DNA of 30,982 nucleotides from a virus (lineage: Duplodnaviria > Heunggongvirae > Uroviricota > Caudoviricetes). Both the position numbers and the translations under genes were made by a program. The DNA lies in IMG/VR virus record IMGVR_UViG_2563366805_000002; one strand, given 5' to 3'. Positions within the stretch are counted from its first letter, which is position 1, and each line of letters opens with the position of its first letter. This document shows positions 1-11,040 of the stretch, in pieces. The notes beneath the pieces were generated by a model that worked only from the letters and a program-made list of their open reading frames with translations, was not told the origin of the DNA and ran no database searches.

Positions 1-551
1 CCACTGCCGGAGCCTTCATAAGCAATATCAATGGCCACGGATTCGGTCGGGTTAAACTGCACGCCAGCCCCCCACGCCAGAGACGTGTTGCTGTGGCGAC
101 CGTCATCACTTCCGGTCAGCACATCGTGCGTTTTCCCCTTGTTGTCAGTTACGCGGAGATAATCCCCGAAGAAAGTCGACACACGGCTGTAAGCCACACC
201 CGCCATCGCATACACGCTGAACCATTCATTCACGCGCACAGACGGCCCCGCCATTACGCTGAACCAGCGGTTACGCACGGAATCTTCATGCCAGCGGGTA
301 TCGCTGTAATGCGTTTTTTGCTCATCTTCAGCGTTGGCATAACTGAATGACGTAATCAGCCCCAGCGTGTCCGTAAACTCATAACGGTATTTCACGTTAA
401 TCCCGTTCAGATTATCGCTGCCGGGAGCGTTCGTACGGGCATTAAGATACCCTGCGCTCAGTGTGGCCTGCTGCTCAGACGCCCATGCAGGCGCACCGGA
501 TACGGCCAGACAGATGGCTGTGGACAAAATGGCTGCACAAACTTTACGCAT
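1..551 (-). CDS. lom: Lom-like outer membrane protein (Ail/Lom/OmpX family); start codon at 549-551, C-terminus beyond window start
   Basis: Minus-strand reading from ATG at 549-551 gives [24 protein letters not shown] (signal peptide), then sequence matching my recollection of lambda Lom. SD-like GAGAGG upstream. Position immediately downstream of J as in lambda. Not in ORF track because it runs off the window. Confidence 0.8.
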   Translation of the reverse strand, partial: MRKVCAAILSTAICLAVSGAPAWASEQQATLSAGYLNARTNAPGSDNLNGINVKYRYEFTDTLGLITSFSYANAEDEQKTHYSDTRWHEDSVRNRWFSVMAGPSVRVNEWFSVYAMAGVAYSRVSTFFGDYLRVTDNKGKTHDVLTGSDDGRHSNTSLAWGAGVQFNPTESVAIDIAYEGSGS

Positions 552-575
552 AATTACCTCTCGCTTTTCTGCAAT

Positions 576-599
576 AAAAAAGGCGCCATTTCTGGCGCC
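576..599 (-). terminator. Rho-independent terminator-like hairpin between J and lom
   Basis: GGCGCC-atttct-GGCGCC stem-loop (582-599); on the minus strand it is followed by a T-run (complement of A-run 576-581). Confidence 0.5.
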
Positions 600-618
600 C
601 GTATATGGGTTATAAAAT

Positions 619-3600
619 TCAGCTGATACTGATGCCTGCGGTGGCTTTCTTCATCACCACAACCAGCAAATCGCTGATACTTGCTGTGGGATACCAGTCA
701 TTTACCAGCCATGCTGACACCGAAAACTCCAGCGTCATGTGGCCGTGACCAGCTGGCATATCAATAACACCACTGTAAATCAGCGTATTATCCAGCGCGG
801 TACGGTTATAAATTTCAGCACCATTTTTCTTCACTATCAGGCGGCATGAGGAGTAAATATCAGTATGCTCTCTCTCATGTTTAGCACCGCTGAATGCCAC
901 CGCCGGAATAACAATCTGCCGGTCAAACGGCTGATCGTCATAAATCCTGACGGTAATGGTCCCTGATGGCCACCGCTCCGGTGCCCGGGAGTCCCGCGGG
1001 AAAGCCTTACCCACTGTTTTGACAATATCGCCTTCAATCTGGTTGGCTGACAGTTTCCCTTTAATCTGACAGTTTTCATTTATCGTAACGTTGTTGAGCG
1101 TCCCGGCGTTCGCATTCACACTGCCACTGATATCTGCATTTTTAGCGGTCAGCTTTCCGTCCGGTGTCAGGGAAAATGCAGGAGGATTACCGCCGCTGGT
1201 AATGGTGGGAGCCGTCAGATATTTCAGGAACACTTCATTCATGAATATCTGATCACCCTGACCAACAAACATCGGTTTTGTGTTGCCATTTGCAGGATTA
1301 ATCATCGCAATCCTGTCTGCCGCCAGCAGCACCTGACTCTGCATGCCGTCGGGGGTGTTCTCAATACCGGCACCGATACCCGCAATATAAAGGCGTCCGT
1401 CCTGCATCTGCTGCAGCTTCACAGCCCACATGCTGTTCAGATTATTATTTGTATCAACCTGAACCTTCTGTATCTGCTGGATCGCTGCACTCTGGTCTTC
1501 CAGTTTCTTATTGACGGTCTGTGTGATTTCATTGCTGACATCCGTAATGGATGTCCTGATTTCAGCCAGGTCAGGCGCAAGCTGACCGTTATCAATCTGC
1601 GTCCACAGCTCCTGAGCCAGATGGGTTTTCCCTATCTCGCCTTTGAAAAAATCCAGATAGCCGGATGCGTCATCACTCGGCTGACCAACAGCCTCCACGA
1701 ATGCCGATTTGCCAACGGTGTTCACACTGCGAACGTAAAAATAATAATTATGGCCCGGCCTGATATTGATACTGGCGGCTATCCAGTACAGCGCCGTGCC
1801 AAGATAGCGTGCTGTGGTTTCAACCTGCCTGATATCCGCAATCCGCTTTTCCGAGAACCAGAACTCAAACTGTACCGTCGGATCATAAACCGCAAGATGC
1901 GGCGTGGCGGTTATCTGAAAATAGCCCGGCGTCAGCTCAATCCGCGACGGCGCTGCCGGTGCGGCAATCCGGAACGATACCGACGCCGGATCGCCCTGCT
2001 GCCCCCACGCATTTACCGCCCGGACTGTCAGCCTGTAGTTCCCCAGAGCCAGTTGTGTGAAGCGGTAAGTGGTTTCCGTCGTCCGGGCCGTGCTGACCAG
2101 CCGCTCACTGCCGTCATCCGCTGCCACGGTCAGGCGAAGCAGGAAGCTCACGCCCTTCACCACCTTCGGCGTGTCCCAGCGGGCCAGCACCTGGTATTCC
2201 CCGCTGTCTGCAGTGACTTCTGCGGTCAGGTGCTGCACCGCTGGCGGCGTGACACCGTTCACCGTGCCACTCTGTTCGCCGTCAAAGTGCGCCCCGTTAT
2301 CCACGATGACCTCTTTTTCCGGCACATGCTGCACGGCGGTGATGGCATACGTGCCGTCGTCGTTCTCACGGATACTCACGCAGCGGAACAGGCGCTGGCG
2401 CAGCCTCGGCAGCTTCAGCCCCCATACGCTGTATTCAGCAACACCGTCAGGAACACGGCTCACTTTCACCTTCACGCCGTCGGTGACGGACTGAACCTCC
2501 ACGCTGACCGGATTGCCACTTCCGTCAACCAGGCTTATCAGCGTGGTACCGGAGGATGGCAGCGTGATTTCACGGTCAAGCGTCAGCGTCCGGGTCAGGC
2601 TGTTCACCGCCAGCACACGACCACCGGTGCTGATACCGGCATAGTCATCATCACAGATTTCAATAACATCGCCCGGTACATGGCGAAGCCCTTCTGCGCC
2701 GACGCTGAAATCCACGGTCTGCGTTTCCAGCAGCTCCGTTTTAATCAGCCACAGCCCGGCTCGGTGTGCCTGCCCCCGGCTGGTACAGCCAAAGGCATCC
2801 ATCTTCGTGACATTACGACCGTAACGGGCAATGGCCTGCGTGTCCTCCACAAGCTCTGTCGCCGTCTCCCAGCCGTTATCCGGGTCAATCCAGTTCACCT
2901 CAACGGCATTATGGCGGTCCTTCAGGGCGCTGAAGCTGTAGCGGAACGGCGCGCCATCATCCGGCATCACCACATTACTGCGGTTATAGGTCCACACCTT
3001 ATCCGACGGTCGGTCCTGCACGAACGTCAGCGTCTGCCCGTTCCATACCGGCATACAGCGCATCGCCGAGCAGAAATCACTGAGCACATCCCACGCCTTG
3101 CGCTGTGTGGTCAGCCAGGCATTACAGGTGATGCGCGGCTCCGTGCTGCCAAAGCCGTCCGGCACCGACTGGTCGCAGTACTGGCCGATGACATACAGCG
3201 CCCATTTATCCACATCTGCCGCACCAAGACGTTTCCCCATGCCGTAGCGCGGGTGGGTCAGCATATCCCACAGACACCAGGCCATGTTGTTGCTGTATGC
3301 CGGTTTAAACGTTCCGTCCCAGATACCGCTGTATTGCCGCGTCTGCGGGTTATAATTCGACGGCACCTGCAGAATACGCCCGCGCAGATGATAATTACGG
3401 CTCACCTGCTGGCTGCCGAACTGCTCCGAATCCACCTGTACGCCGACCAGTGCCGTGTTCGGGTAGCACTGTTTCACATCGATGATTTCGGTGTATGACG
3501 ACCAGAGCGTTTTGTTCTGCAGCTGGTCTGTGGTACTGTCCGGCGTCATTCTGCGCATCCGGATATTAAACGGGCGCGGCGGCAGGTTATCCACCACCAC

Positions 3601-4098
3601 CGAGGCCAGATACTGCGAGGTGGTTTTGCCCTTAATGGTGATGTCTTTTTCCGTCACCCAGCCACCATTACGCTGTATCTGAACCAGCAGGCGAACTTCC
3701 GACGGATTCCGGTCCCCCTTTGAGGTGGTTTCCACCAGTGCCTGCACACCGAAGGTAAAGCGCAGTCGGTCGATGTTTGCCGACGTGATGGCGCGGGTGA
3801 TCGGCGTGTCGTATTTCACTTCCGTACCCAACACCGTCTCGGAGCCGGAGGATTCAAATCCCTCCGGCGGAGTCTGCTCCTGCTCACCGGCCCGGAACAC
3901 CACCGTGACGCCGGAGATATTGGTATTCCCCTCACTGTCCAGCACCGGCGTACTGTTCAGCAGCACGCTTTTTAATCCCTCCACCGGACCTTCAATCGGC
4001 CCTTCGCTGATGGCATCGATCACACTCAGCAACTGCGTGGTCTTCAGGTTGTCCTTCGCTTCGCGCGGAGTATGCCCCTTACTGCTTCCTTTACCCAT
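619..4098 (-). CDS. J: Tail tip / host specificity protein J (central tail fibre)
   Basis: 1159-aa ORF with SD GAGGA upstream; size, position after I and sequence character match lambda J (fibronectin-III-like repeats, C-terminal receptor-binding region). Confidence 0.9.
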   Translation of the reverse strand: MGKGSSKGHTPREAKDNLKTTQLLSVIDAISEGPIEGPVEGLKSVLLNSTPVLDSEGNTNISGVTVVFRAGEQEQTPPEGFESSGSETVLGTEVKYDTPITRAITSANIDRLRFTFGVQALVETTSKGDRNPSEVRLLVQIQRNGGWVTEKDITIKGKTTSQYLASVVVDNLPPRPFNIRMRRMTPDSTTDQLQNKTLWSSYTEIIDVKQCYPNTALVGVQVDSEQFGSQQVSRNYHLRGRILQVPSNYNPQTRQYSGIWDGTFKPAYSNNMAWCLWDMLTHPRYGMGKRLGAADVDKWALYVIGQYCDQSVPDGFGSTEPRITCNAWLTTQRKAWDVLSDFCSAMRCMPVWNGQTLTFVQDRPSDKVWTYNRSNVVMPDDGAPFRYSFSALKDRHNAVEVNWIDPDNGWETATELVEDTQAIARYGRNVTKMDAFGCTSRGQAHRAGLWLIKTELLETQTVDFSVGAEGLRHVPGDVIEICDDDYAGISTGGRVLAVNSLTRTLTLDREITLPSSGTTLISLVDGSGNPVSVEVQSVTDGVKVKVSRVPDGVAEYSVWGLKLPRLRQRLFRCVSIRENDDGTYAITAVQHVPEKEVIVDNGAHFDGEQSGTVNGVTPPAVQHLTAEVTADSGEYQVLARWDTPKVVKGVSFLLRLTVAADDGSERLVSTARTTETTYRFTQLALGNYRLTVRAVNAWGQQGDPASVSFRIAAPAAPSRIELTPGYFQITATPHLAVYDPTVQFEFWFSEKRIADIRQVETTARYLGTALYWIAASINIRPGHNYYFYVRSVNTVGKSAFVEAVGQPSDDASGYLDFFKGEIGKTHLAQELWTQIDNGQLAPDLAEIRTSITDVSNEITQTVNKKLEDQSAAIQQIQKVQVDTNNNLNSMWAVKLQQMQDGRLYIAGIGAGIENTPDGMQSQVLLAADRIAMINPANGNTKPMFVGQGDQIFMNEVFLKYLTAPTITSGGNPPAFSLTPDGKLTAKNADISGSVNANAGTLNNVTINENCQIKGKLSANQIEGDIVKTVGKAFPRDSRAPERWPSGTITVRIYDDQPFDRQIVIPAVAFSGAKHEREHTDIYSSCRLIVKKNGAEIYNRTALDNTLIYSGVIDMPAGHGHMTLEFSVSAWLVNDWYPTASISDLLVVVMKKATAGISIS

Positions 4099-4158
4099 TC
4101 CTCACGCTCCATAAACGACAAAACCGCCCGCAGGCGGTTTCACATAAAACATTTTGCA

Positions 4159-4800
4159 TCAGCGACCAATCACCACAACCTGACCACCATCCCCTTCATC
4201 TGCTGTGCTGATCTCCTGAGATACCACCCGCGACCCCACACGCATTTCACCGTACAGAACGGGCAGGACATTGCCCTGGGCAACCATATTATCCAGTGAA
4301 GAAAAATAGGTGTTCTGTTTGCCGTTATCCGTTGTCTGTGTGCGGGGAGTTCTGGCTTTCGGTGCCAGCATCTGCGCCACACCACCGAGCACCATACTGG
4401 CACCGAGAGAAAACAGCAGATTACTCGCCATAATTCCTACCCCCGGCATCCATATAGCAACCGCCATAACAGCCGCCCCCAGCACAGCCTGAAACACACC
4501 GCCACTTTTGGCTCCTGCCAGACGCGGCACGATATGGATCACAGCACCATTTGCCAGCGGTTCATTAAGACGGGCTGATAATTCATTTTCGCCTGCATCA
4601 CGCCCGGCAATGCGCACCTGATACCAGCCCTCATTCAGTTTCTGGCGAAACGACGGAAGCTGCGTGGCCAGCGCCCGGATGGCTTCGGCCCCCGTTTTCA
4701 CACGAAGGTCGATGCGGCGGCCAAATCGTTGTAAATCCCCGTAAAGGCAGATGCGTGCCATGCCCGGTGACGCCAGAGGGAGTGTGTGCGTCGCTGCCAT
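4159..4800 (-). CDS. I: Tail assembly protein I
   Basis: 213-aa ORF, N-terminus MAATHTLPLASPGMARICLYGD matches lambda I as I recall it; overlaps K by 103 nt as in lambda. Confidence 0.85.
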   Translation of the reverse strand: MAATHTLPLASPGMARICLYGDLQRFGRRIDLRVKTGAEAIRALATQLPSFRQKLNEGWYQVRIAGRDAGENELSARLNEPLANGAVIHIVPRLAGAKSGGVFQAVLGAAVMAVAIWMPGVGIMASNLLFSLGASMVLGGVAQMLAPKARTPRTQTTDNGKQNTYFSSLDNMVAQGNVLPVLYGEMRVGSRVVSQEISTADEGDGGQVVVIGR

Positions 4801-5441
4801 TTGTCGGTGTACCTCTCTCGTTTGCTCAGTTGTTCAGGAATATGGTGCAACAGCTCGCCGTCGCCGCAGTAAATGGCGGCATGATTCGGCACCGATGAAC
4901 CAAAACAGCACAGCAGCACATCGCCCGGCTGCGCCGCTGACAACGGCACCTGATACAGCCCTGTGGCCTCCAGATTATCCAGATAGAGATTCTGACCGTG
5001 ACGCCACCAGTCATCCTCACGATGAAAATCAGGCATCTCAATTCCCGCCAGATGGTAAGCATCCCGGAACAGCGTGTAACAGTCCGTCACCCCGTGCTCA
5101 AAGCGCCGCCCGGTAAGATGTGGCACACAGCGGAACTTGTGAATCGCCCCCCGGCAGACCAGCCACCACGGCAAATCACTCTGCACCTGCAGCCGCCGGT
5201 CGGCCTCACTCAGCCAGGGCAGAGCACCGGGGTGACTGTGGACCAGCGCCACAATCTCACCCTGCATTTCTGCCCGCAGCCAGTCCTCCGGAGCCATCCG
5301 GAAATACGCCTCCGGCTCACCGGAGATATTCACGCAGGGAAAATATCTTTCCCCTTCCGGCGTGCTTACCACGAAGCCGCACGACTCCGCTGGCGCACAT
5401 CGCCGGGCGTGCGCCAGAATCGCTGATTCTGTCTCTGTCAT
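4698..5441 (-). CDS. K: Tail assembly protein K (JAMM/MPN-like HSHP motif plus NlpC/P60-like C-terminus)
   Basis: 247-aa ORF containing an HSHPG motif; lambda synteny. The classic 199-aa lambda K corresponds to the internal Met at residue 49. Confidence 0.8.
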   Translation of the reverse strand: MTETESAILAHARRCAPAESCGFVVSTPEGERYFPCVNISGEPEAYFRMAPEDWLRAEMQGEIVALVHSHPGALPWLSEADRRLQVQSDLPWWLVCRGAIHKFRCVPHLTGRRFEHGVTDCYTLFRDAYHLAGIEMPDFHREDDWWRHGQNLYLDNLEATGLYQVPLSAAQPGDVLLCCFGSSVPNHAAIYCGDGELLHHIPEQLSKRERYTDKWQRRTHSLWRHRAWHASAFTGIYNDLAAASTFV

Positions 5442-5446
5442 GGGAT

Positions 5447-6145
5447 TTACTGCGAAAGTTTGTTAATGGAAAGGAAGCCGCCAAAGTTGCCGACGTTATT
5501 GCGAAACTTACAACCGCTCAGGCATTTGCTGCATTTATCCTTCGTGATATCGGACGTCGGCTGGTCATATTCATCCGCGACAGCCGGACCGTGATAACCG
5601 CACTCATCACCGCGATAGGTCCAGGTGCAGGTATTAGCCAGCATGATGCGGCCCGGAAAAACGGCACCATCCGTTTCCGTCGGTGTGGAGAGCACAAAGG
5701 AAGCACTGACCGCGCTCAGTTCGCTGCACTGCTCGATGCGCCAGCGGCTGATCACCTCCTGCTCCGGATCGGCGTCGCTGTTTCCGTTGACGAAGTTCAC
5801 CGCATCCAGAAAACGGGCGTAAACCTTACGCCGGACCACCGTTCCGCCGACCAGACTCTGCAGATCTTCCGCCATCTCGGTGACCATACCGTACAGGTTA
5901 GAAACCGTCAGCGTGGGGCGCGTACTGGTGCCTTTGCCATTCAGTTCAAAACCACTCCCCTGAATGGGATACGGCTGATACTGTCGCCCCTGCCAGGTGA
6001 CCGGCTCACCTTTTTCGTTCTGCTCATTACAGAAAAAATAACGTTCTCCACCGACCTCTGTCAGGTCGATTTCCCAGAGCACCACGCTGGCCGACTGCTC
6101 CGCACGGGTGCATTCATTCAGTGTTTCCTGCCGGATATCCTGCAT
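5447..6145 (-). CDS. L: Minor tail protein L
   Basis: 232-aa ORF, same length and position as lambda L; Cys-rich C-terminus. Confidence 0.85.
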   Translation of the reverse strand: MQDIRQETLNECTRAEQSASVVLWEIDLTEVGGERYFFCNEQNEKGEPVTWQGRQYQPYPIQGSGFELNGKGTSTRPTLTVSNLYGMVTEMAEDLQSLVGGTVVRRKVYARFLDAVNFVNGNSDADPEQEVISRWRIEQCSELSAVSASFVLSTPTETDGAVFPGRIMLANTCTWTYRGDECGYHGPAVADEYDQPTSDITKDKCSKCLSGCKFRNNVGNFGGFLSINKLSQ

Positions 6146-6474
6146 CAGTTCACCACCTGTTCAAACTCTGCGCTGAACTCAACACGCAGCATACTGACCC
6201 GCGACGACCATTTTGCGCAGGTCACCTTTATCTGCCGCCACTCATAAGGCGGCGTCCACAGAAAGGCTTTCCAGCCCCCGTGCTCTTCCAGAAACGACTC
6301 CAGTACCGTGGCCTCCTCACGGGGGACAGAAAGCGTCACGCTGTACGTTTTCAGGTTGGCATTCAGCCCGGCAGGCGCTCGCTGGGAATAGCCATCACCA
6401 AAGCGCACCTTTCTTACAGAAGGGGCCGAAGCCACATCCATACCGGGTTTCACTTTCCAGCGGAAGGTTTTCAT
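6145..6474 (-). CDS. M: Minor tail protein M
   Basis: 109-aa ORF, same length and position as lambda M; abuts L at 6145. Confidence 0.85.
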   Translation of the reverse strand: MKTFRWKVKPGMDVASAPSVRKVRFGDGYSQRAPAGLNANLKTYSVTLSVPREEATVLESFLEEHGGWKAFLWTPPYEWRQIKVTCAKWSSRVSMLRVEFSAEFEQVVN

Positions 6475-9050
6475 CGTCCACCTCCGGAGAACAGACCACC
6501 ATCGCGCATCTGTGCCTGGATTTCATCACGGGCACCCTTGCGGGCCATGTCATACACCGCCTTCATCATCTGTGGACCTGGCAGACCATTCGTACCGTCG
6601 TTCTGAATCACCACGTGATTGTTCTGATTAAAATTAATGCCTTCAGCCCGCCGCATCTGCGCCGGACTTCCGGCACCGCCCACATAACCACCTTCCGCAT
6701 AGCCCCGCATCAGGCGGTACAGGTTGCCGACACCAATCCGGCTGGTTGCCTCCTTCGTGAAGACAAATTCACCACGGTGAACAATCCCCGCTGGCTCATA
6801 TTTGCCGCCGGTTCCCGTAAATCCCCCGGTCGCAAAATGGAATTTCGCCGCAGCGGCCTGAATGGCTGTACCGCCTGACGCGGATGCGCCGCCACCAACA
6901 GCCCCGCCAATGGCGCTGCCGATACTCCCGACAATCCCCACCATTGCCTGCTTAAGCAGAATTTCTGTCATCATGGACAGCACGGAGCGGGTGAAGCTGC
7001 GCCAGTTCTGTTCACTGCCGGTCAGCATCGCCGCCATATTCTGCGCAATACCATCAAAGGTCTGCGTGGCTGCACTTTTAACCTGCGACATACTGTCCGT
7101 GGCACTCTCTTTCCACTCGCTCCAGCCGGACCTGAGGCCTGCCATCCAGTTCCCGCGAAGCAGGTCTTCAGCCGCCCAGGTCTTTTTCTGCTCTGACATG
7201 ACGTTATTCAGCGCCAGAGGATTATCGCCATACTGTTCCTTCAGGCGCTGTTCCGTGGCTTCCCGTTCTGCCTGCCGGTCAGTCAGCCCCCGGCTTTTCG
7301 CATCAATAGCGGCCCGTTTTGCCCGTTGCTGCTGTGCGAATTTATCCGCCTGCTGCGCCAGCGCGTTCAGGCGCTCCTGATACGTAACCTTGTCGCCAAG
7401 TGCAGCCAGCTGGCGTTTGTACTCCAGCGTCTCATCTTTATGCGCCAGCAGGGATTTCTCCTGTGCAGACAGCTGGCGACGTTGCGCCGCCTCCTCCAGT
7501 ACCGCGAACTGACTCTCCGCCTTCCACAAATCCCGGCGCTGCTGGCTGATTTTCTCATTTGCTCCGGCATGCTTCTCCAGCGTCCGGAGTTCTGCCTGAA
7601 GCGTCAGCAGGGCAGCATGAGCACTGTCTTCCTGACGATCGCCCGCAGACACCTTCACGCCGGACTGTTTCGGCTTTTTCAGCGTCGCTTCATAGTCCTT
7701 TTTCGCCGCCGCCATCAGCGTGTTGTAATCTGCCTGCAGAATTTTCCCGTCCTTCAGTGCCTTGTTCAGTTCTTCCTGACGGGCGGTATATTTCTCCAGC
7801 GGCGTCTGCAGGCGTTCGTAAGCCTTCTGCGCCTCTTCGGTATATTTCAGCCGTGATGCCTCAGACTCGGCCCAGTCCTTTGCTGCCATCTCTCTGGCCT
7901 TTTCAAGATCGGCCTGCAACGTGGCGGCTGAAAGCCCAAGTTGCGCATTCGCTCTGTCCTCCCATGCTCCCCGGAGATTGGCAAGAAATGCTGAGGTTTT
8001 ACCGCGCCGGTGGCTCCGGCTCTGATACCACTGCCATTTTTTGTCCGCCTCATCAAAAGCCTTTTCTGCTTTCTCCAGCATTCCCTGGGCAGTGTCCGGG
8101 CGACCAATATCCAGCACCGAATCCCACATGGATTTGAATGCCCGTGCTGTCCTGTCTGCCCAGGTCTCCAGCGTGCCCATGTTCTCTTTCAGGCGGCGGG
8201 TCTGGTCATCAAACCCTTTCGTTGCGGCCTCGTTCGCCGCCTGCAATGCCCCGGCTTCATCTCCGGAACGCTGCAACTGAGCAACATACGCAATCTGCTC
8301 CGCCGTCACGTTATGGAACTGACGTGCCATCGCTGTCAGTCCCGACGTCGGGTCTGTGGTCAGCTTCCCGAAGGCTTCAGCGACCTTGTCCACCTCCACG
8401 CCGGATGCAGAGGAGAAACGCGCCACACTCTGGCTGATCGCCTCAAACTGCTCACCACCACGCACACCGGCATTCACCAGCGCCGTCAGTGACTCGCTGG
8501 TCTGGTTAAACGTCAGCCCTGCCGCCTGCCCGGCTCTGGACAGGACCAGCATACGATCTGCCGTCAGTCCCGCCTGATTGCCGGAAAGGACCAGCGTTTT
8601 GTTGAAATCGGACAGGGTTGAGTTGCCCTGATACCAGGCATACGCCAGCGCACCGGTCGCCACCGCCAGCGAGGTGGCCCCCACCATCGGCAGGGTGATC
8701 GCACCGGCAAGCCCCCTGAACATGGGGATCATCCCGCCGAAGGAGTCCTTAACCTGACCACCCTGTTGCAGCAGGATCAGCCACGGGCTTTGCCCGCCTG
8801 CAAGCTGCGTGGCCACGTCGGTGAACTGTGCAGGCAGCATACGCATGGCGGCTTTATACTGCCCGACGGAAATCCCCGCTTTCTGTGCAGCCAGCGCCTG
8901 TCGGCTCAGCGACTGTTCAACGACTGCCGCTGTTTTTTTCGCATCAGTTTCCGTACCGGAAAAATGACGCCTGACTCTGGCCATCTGCTCGTCAAATCTG
9001 GCCGCATCCAGACTTAAATCAACGACCAGATCGCCTACCGGTTCAGCCAT
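6471..9050 (-). CDS. H: Tail tape measure protein H
   Basis: 859-aa ORF, Ala/Gln-rich coiled-coil character, Gly-rich C-terminal region; position between T and M as in lambda. Confidence 0.9.
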   Translation of the reverse strand: MAEPVGDLVVDLSLDAARFDEQMARVRRHFSGTETDAKKTAAVVEQSLSRQALAAQKAGISVGQYKAAMRMLPAQFTDVATQLAGGQSPWLILLQQGGQVKDSFGGMIPMFRGLAGAITLPMVGATSLAVATGALAYAWYQGNSTLSDFNKTLVLSGNQAGLTADRMLVLSRAGQAAGLTFNQTSESLTALVNAGVRGGEQFEAISQSVARFSSASGVEVDKVAEAFGKLTTDPTSGLTAMARQFHNVTAEQIAYVAQLQRSGDEAGALQAANEAATKGFDDQTRRLKENMGTLETWADRTARAFKSMWDSVLDIGRPDTAQGMLEKAEKAFDEADKKWQWYQSRSHRRGKTSAFLANLRGAWEDRANAQLGLSAATLQADLEKAREMAAKDWAESEASRLKYTEEAQKAYERLQTPLEKYTARQEELNKALKDGKILQADYNTLMAAAKKDYEATLKKPKQSGVKVSAGDRQEDSAHAALLTLQAELRTLEKHAGANEKISQQRRDLWKAESQFAVLEEAAQRRQLSAQEKSLLAHKDETLEYKRQLAALGDKVTYQERLNALAQQADKFAQQQRAKRAAIDAKSRGLTDRQAEREATEQRLKEQYGDNPLALNNVMSEQKKTWAAEDLLRGNWMAGLRSGWSEWKESATDSMSQVKSAATQTFDGIAQNMAAMLTGSEQNWRSFTRSVLSMMTEILLKQAMVGIVGSIGSAIGGAVGGGASASGGTAIQAAAAKFHFATGGFTGTGGKYEPAGIVHRGEFVFTKEATSRIGVGNLYRLMRGYAEGGYVGGAGSPAQMRRAEGINFNQNNHVVIQNDGTNGLPGPQMMKAVYDMARKGARDEIQAQMRDGGLFSGGGR

Positions 9051-9477
9051 ACCGGACTCCTCCTGCGATCCCTTCTGATACTGTCATCAGCATTACGTCA
9101 TCCTCCGTCATGTCCGCCACATCCGGGGAAGCGGGGATAACTTCATTCCCGTCCGGGCCAAAACGAACGCCTCCGGCAAGCCCTGCCGCTTTCTGCATCA
9201 GCACATCATCTTCAGGCTCTTCGTCAGCCTCGCGCCGGTTCAGCAGACTGAAATCCAGCGGATGCATCTCCGGATCGCTGAAAAACAGGCTGAGCACGGT
9301 GTACGTCAGCCCGGAAAAGTGCATATCCAGCAGAACATCATGAAAATAATGGGTACTGTAAAAGCGGTGCCAGTCGGCATACTCCGTGGATGACATCCCG
9401 GCAAGCATGGCGCGCCAGTCGGGTCGCCCCATCTCACGCGCCAGTTTCAGGGCAAAACTCAGCTCACCGTCGAACAC
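9043..9477 (-). CDS. T: T portion of the G-T tail assembly chaperone (made by -1 frameshift from G)
   Basis: 435-nt ORF in the -1 frame relative to G, overlapping the G 3' end, same length as lambda T. Confidence 0.8.
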   Translation of the reverse strand: MFDGELSFALKLAREMGRPDWRAMLAGMSSTEYADWHRFYSTHYFHDVLLDMHFSGLTYTVLSLFFSDPEMHPLDFSLLNRREADEEPEDDVLMQKAAGLAGGVRFGPDGNEVIPASPDVADMTEDDVMLMTVSEGIAGGVRYG

Positions 9478-9881
9478 TTTCCCGCAGAAACAGGCTCTGC
9501 AGGCCCGGCGTCCTCTGCCTGTTCAGGAGCATCATTCACCACAAACTCATACATACCGGACAGCCGGTACACCACGTTTTCAGCATGAGAAATTGCCTCT
9601 GTGGGCCAGGTGGTAAGCACTTCCTGCTCAATCTGTTTAACGGCTTCATTCATGGAAGGCAGCTTTGTCTTCTTCGGATGGTTATGCCACAGGGACATCG
9701 CCACCAGAAACGCGCCGGTTCTGATGGCGTCTTCCACAGTAAACTTCCGGTTGCTGTCTGACTCCGCCTGTTCTGCCTGCCGTTTCATCAGGGCGAGATG
9801 CTCAATACGCTGCAGGGCTGACAGTTCAGAAAGCGTGACGGTCACACCGTTATGTTCAAATGATTCGGTTTTCAGGAACAT
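9459..9881 (-). CDS. G: Tail assembly chaperone G
   Basis: 140-aa ORF, same length as lambda G; ends just after the slippery heptamer. Confidence 0.85.
   Translation of the reverse strand: MFLKTESFEHNGVTVTLSELSALQRIEHLALMKRQAEQAESDSNRKFTVEDAIRTGAFLVAMSLWHNHPKKTKLPSMNEAVKQIEQEVLTTWPTEAISHAENVVYRLSGMYEFVVNDAPEQAEDAGPAEPVSAGKCSTVS
9477..9483 (-). promoter_or_regulatory. Programmed -1 ribosomal frameshift slippery heptamer G GGA AAG (G to G-T)
   Basis: Forward-strand ctttccc at 9477-9483 is the complement of GGGAAAG; in the G frame it reads gcG GGA AAG, the canonical X XXY YYZ arrangement, nine codons before the G stop. Confidence 0.75.
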
Positions 9882-9896
9882 CGCTGACTCTCCGGA

Positions 9897-10667
9897 TTAA
9901 CTGGCGGTGACGTTGATTTCTGCAACCGCAGCAAACTCACCATTACCGGATACGACGGGAATGTTGACCTTGCCTGCAGCAACACCTTTCACGGTGATGG
10001 TCATACCACTGACCGACACGGTGGCTTTTGTTTTATCCGCAGACACCGCACGGAAGCTCTTGTCGGTTGCGCCATCCGGCTGGAATGCCACGGTCAGCGT
10101 GGTGCTCTGCCCTTTCACTACGGAAGCACTGGCGGGTGTCACCGTCATGCCGGTTGTCGCCGTCACCGTGCTGCGATCTTCTGCCATCGACGGACGTCCC
10201 ACATTGGTGACCTTCACCGTGCGGGTAATCACTTCCTTCGCCGTCACCGCCTTACCGATACTGCTGACCCAGCCACGGAACACATCGACCGTGCCGTTCG
10301 GGAAGCGGATTTTATAGGCACGGGTATCGCCTTCATTAAACCACGCCAGCAGCGCCTGCTGCCCCTGCTCTCCGGGCATCCACGCCAGCGTGAAGCTGGT
10401 ATCTCCGGCAGATTTCTGCCCCTGCCCGGTCGCAGTCCAGTCTGCATCTTCATCATCGAGATAGCTGTCGTCATAAGACTCAGCGGTCAGTTCGCCGGGC
10501 GTCAGGTCTTTAACTTTTGCCAGACGCGACCAGTCAACGTCTGAAAGCGGATTCGCATAAGGGTCACCACTCCCCTTATAAACCCACAGGGTGGTCCCGG
10601 CCCCTTTCACCGGCATTACAGGATTTGGTACAGGCATAGCGTCCTCACATTTCATAGGTAATGACAT
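9897..10667 (-). CDS. V: Major tail tube protein V with C-terminal Ig-like domain
   Basis: 256-aa ORF; C-terminal Thr/Val/Ser-rich segment typical of a Big_2-like domain; lambda synteny. Confidence 0.9.
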   Translation of the reverse strand: MSLPMKCEDAMPVPNPVMPVKGAGTTLWVYKGSGDPYANPLSDVDWSRLAKVKDLTPGELTAESYDDSYLDDEDADWTATGQGQKSAGDTSFTLAWMPGEQGQQALLAWFNEGDTRAYKIRFPNGTVDVFRGWVSSIGKAVTAKEVITRTVKVTNVGRPSMAEDRSTVTATTGMTVTPASASVVKGQSTTLTVAFQPDGATDKSFRAVSADKTKATVSVSGMTITVKGVAAGKVNIPVVSGNGEFAAVAEINVTAS

Positions 10668-11040
10668 AAGTCAGATCGGCTGAACTCCACAGGCCCGCAT
10701 CATCGTCGCGCCGATAGTCATAGCCGCTGGTCACCATACTGGTGATCAAATCTGACAGTGCCGGGATATCACTCATCACCGGATAAATCCGGGACTCCAT
10801 CCACGCATCCAGCTCTGAATCCGGCACCTGAGCAGGCAGGAAAACTTCAATATGCAGCTCCGCCTGCCAGGTATCGCTGTCCAGCTCTTCGCCCGTGTAT
10901 TCAGCGCCGGTGAGATAAACGGCAATTGCCGGAAAATCTTCCTCATCAAAAACAGCGGGGCGACCATCAAAAAGCGTCGCCCCGGTGTCATGCTTCTCCA
11001 GTGCATCCAGTACGGCTGCTCGGAGTTCAGTATGTTTCAT
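10645..11040 (-). CDS. U: Tail terminator protein U
   Basis: 131-aa ORF, same length and position as lambda U. Confidence 0.85.
   Translation of the reverse strand: MKHTELRAAVLDALEKHDTGATLFDGRPAVFDEEDFPAIAVYLTGAEYTGEELDSDTWQAELHIEVFLPAQVPDSELDAWMESRIYPVMSDIPALSDLITSMVTSGYDYRRDDDAGLWSSADLTYVITYEM

Noticed and set aside
93-350. Plus-strand 85-aa ORF inside the lom region
   Set aside because: Antisense to the Lom-like coding sequence, which has a clear signal peptide and lambda Lom similarity.
1621-3498. Long plus-strand ORFs antisense to the late genes (for example 1621..3498 at 625 aa, 5120..6247 at 375 aa, 7326..7856, 8010..8492, 13783..14217, 14494..14985, 16319..16759, 18051..18818)
   Set aside because: They lie entirely within well-supported minus-strand genes with lambda-like products, are Arg/His/Pro-rich as expected for antisense frames of GC-rich coding DNA, and have no matching SD or start context.
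4121-4140. Hairpin AACCGCC-cgca-GGCGGTT between I and J
   Set aside because: Terminator-like on the minus strand, but I and J should be co-transcribed in a lambda-like late operon; more likely a structural element or weak attenuator, and not supportable as a feature.
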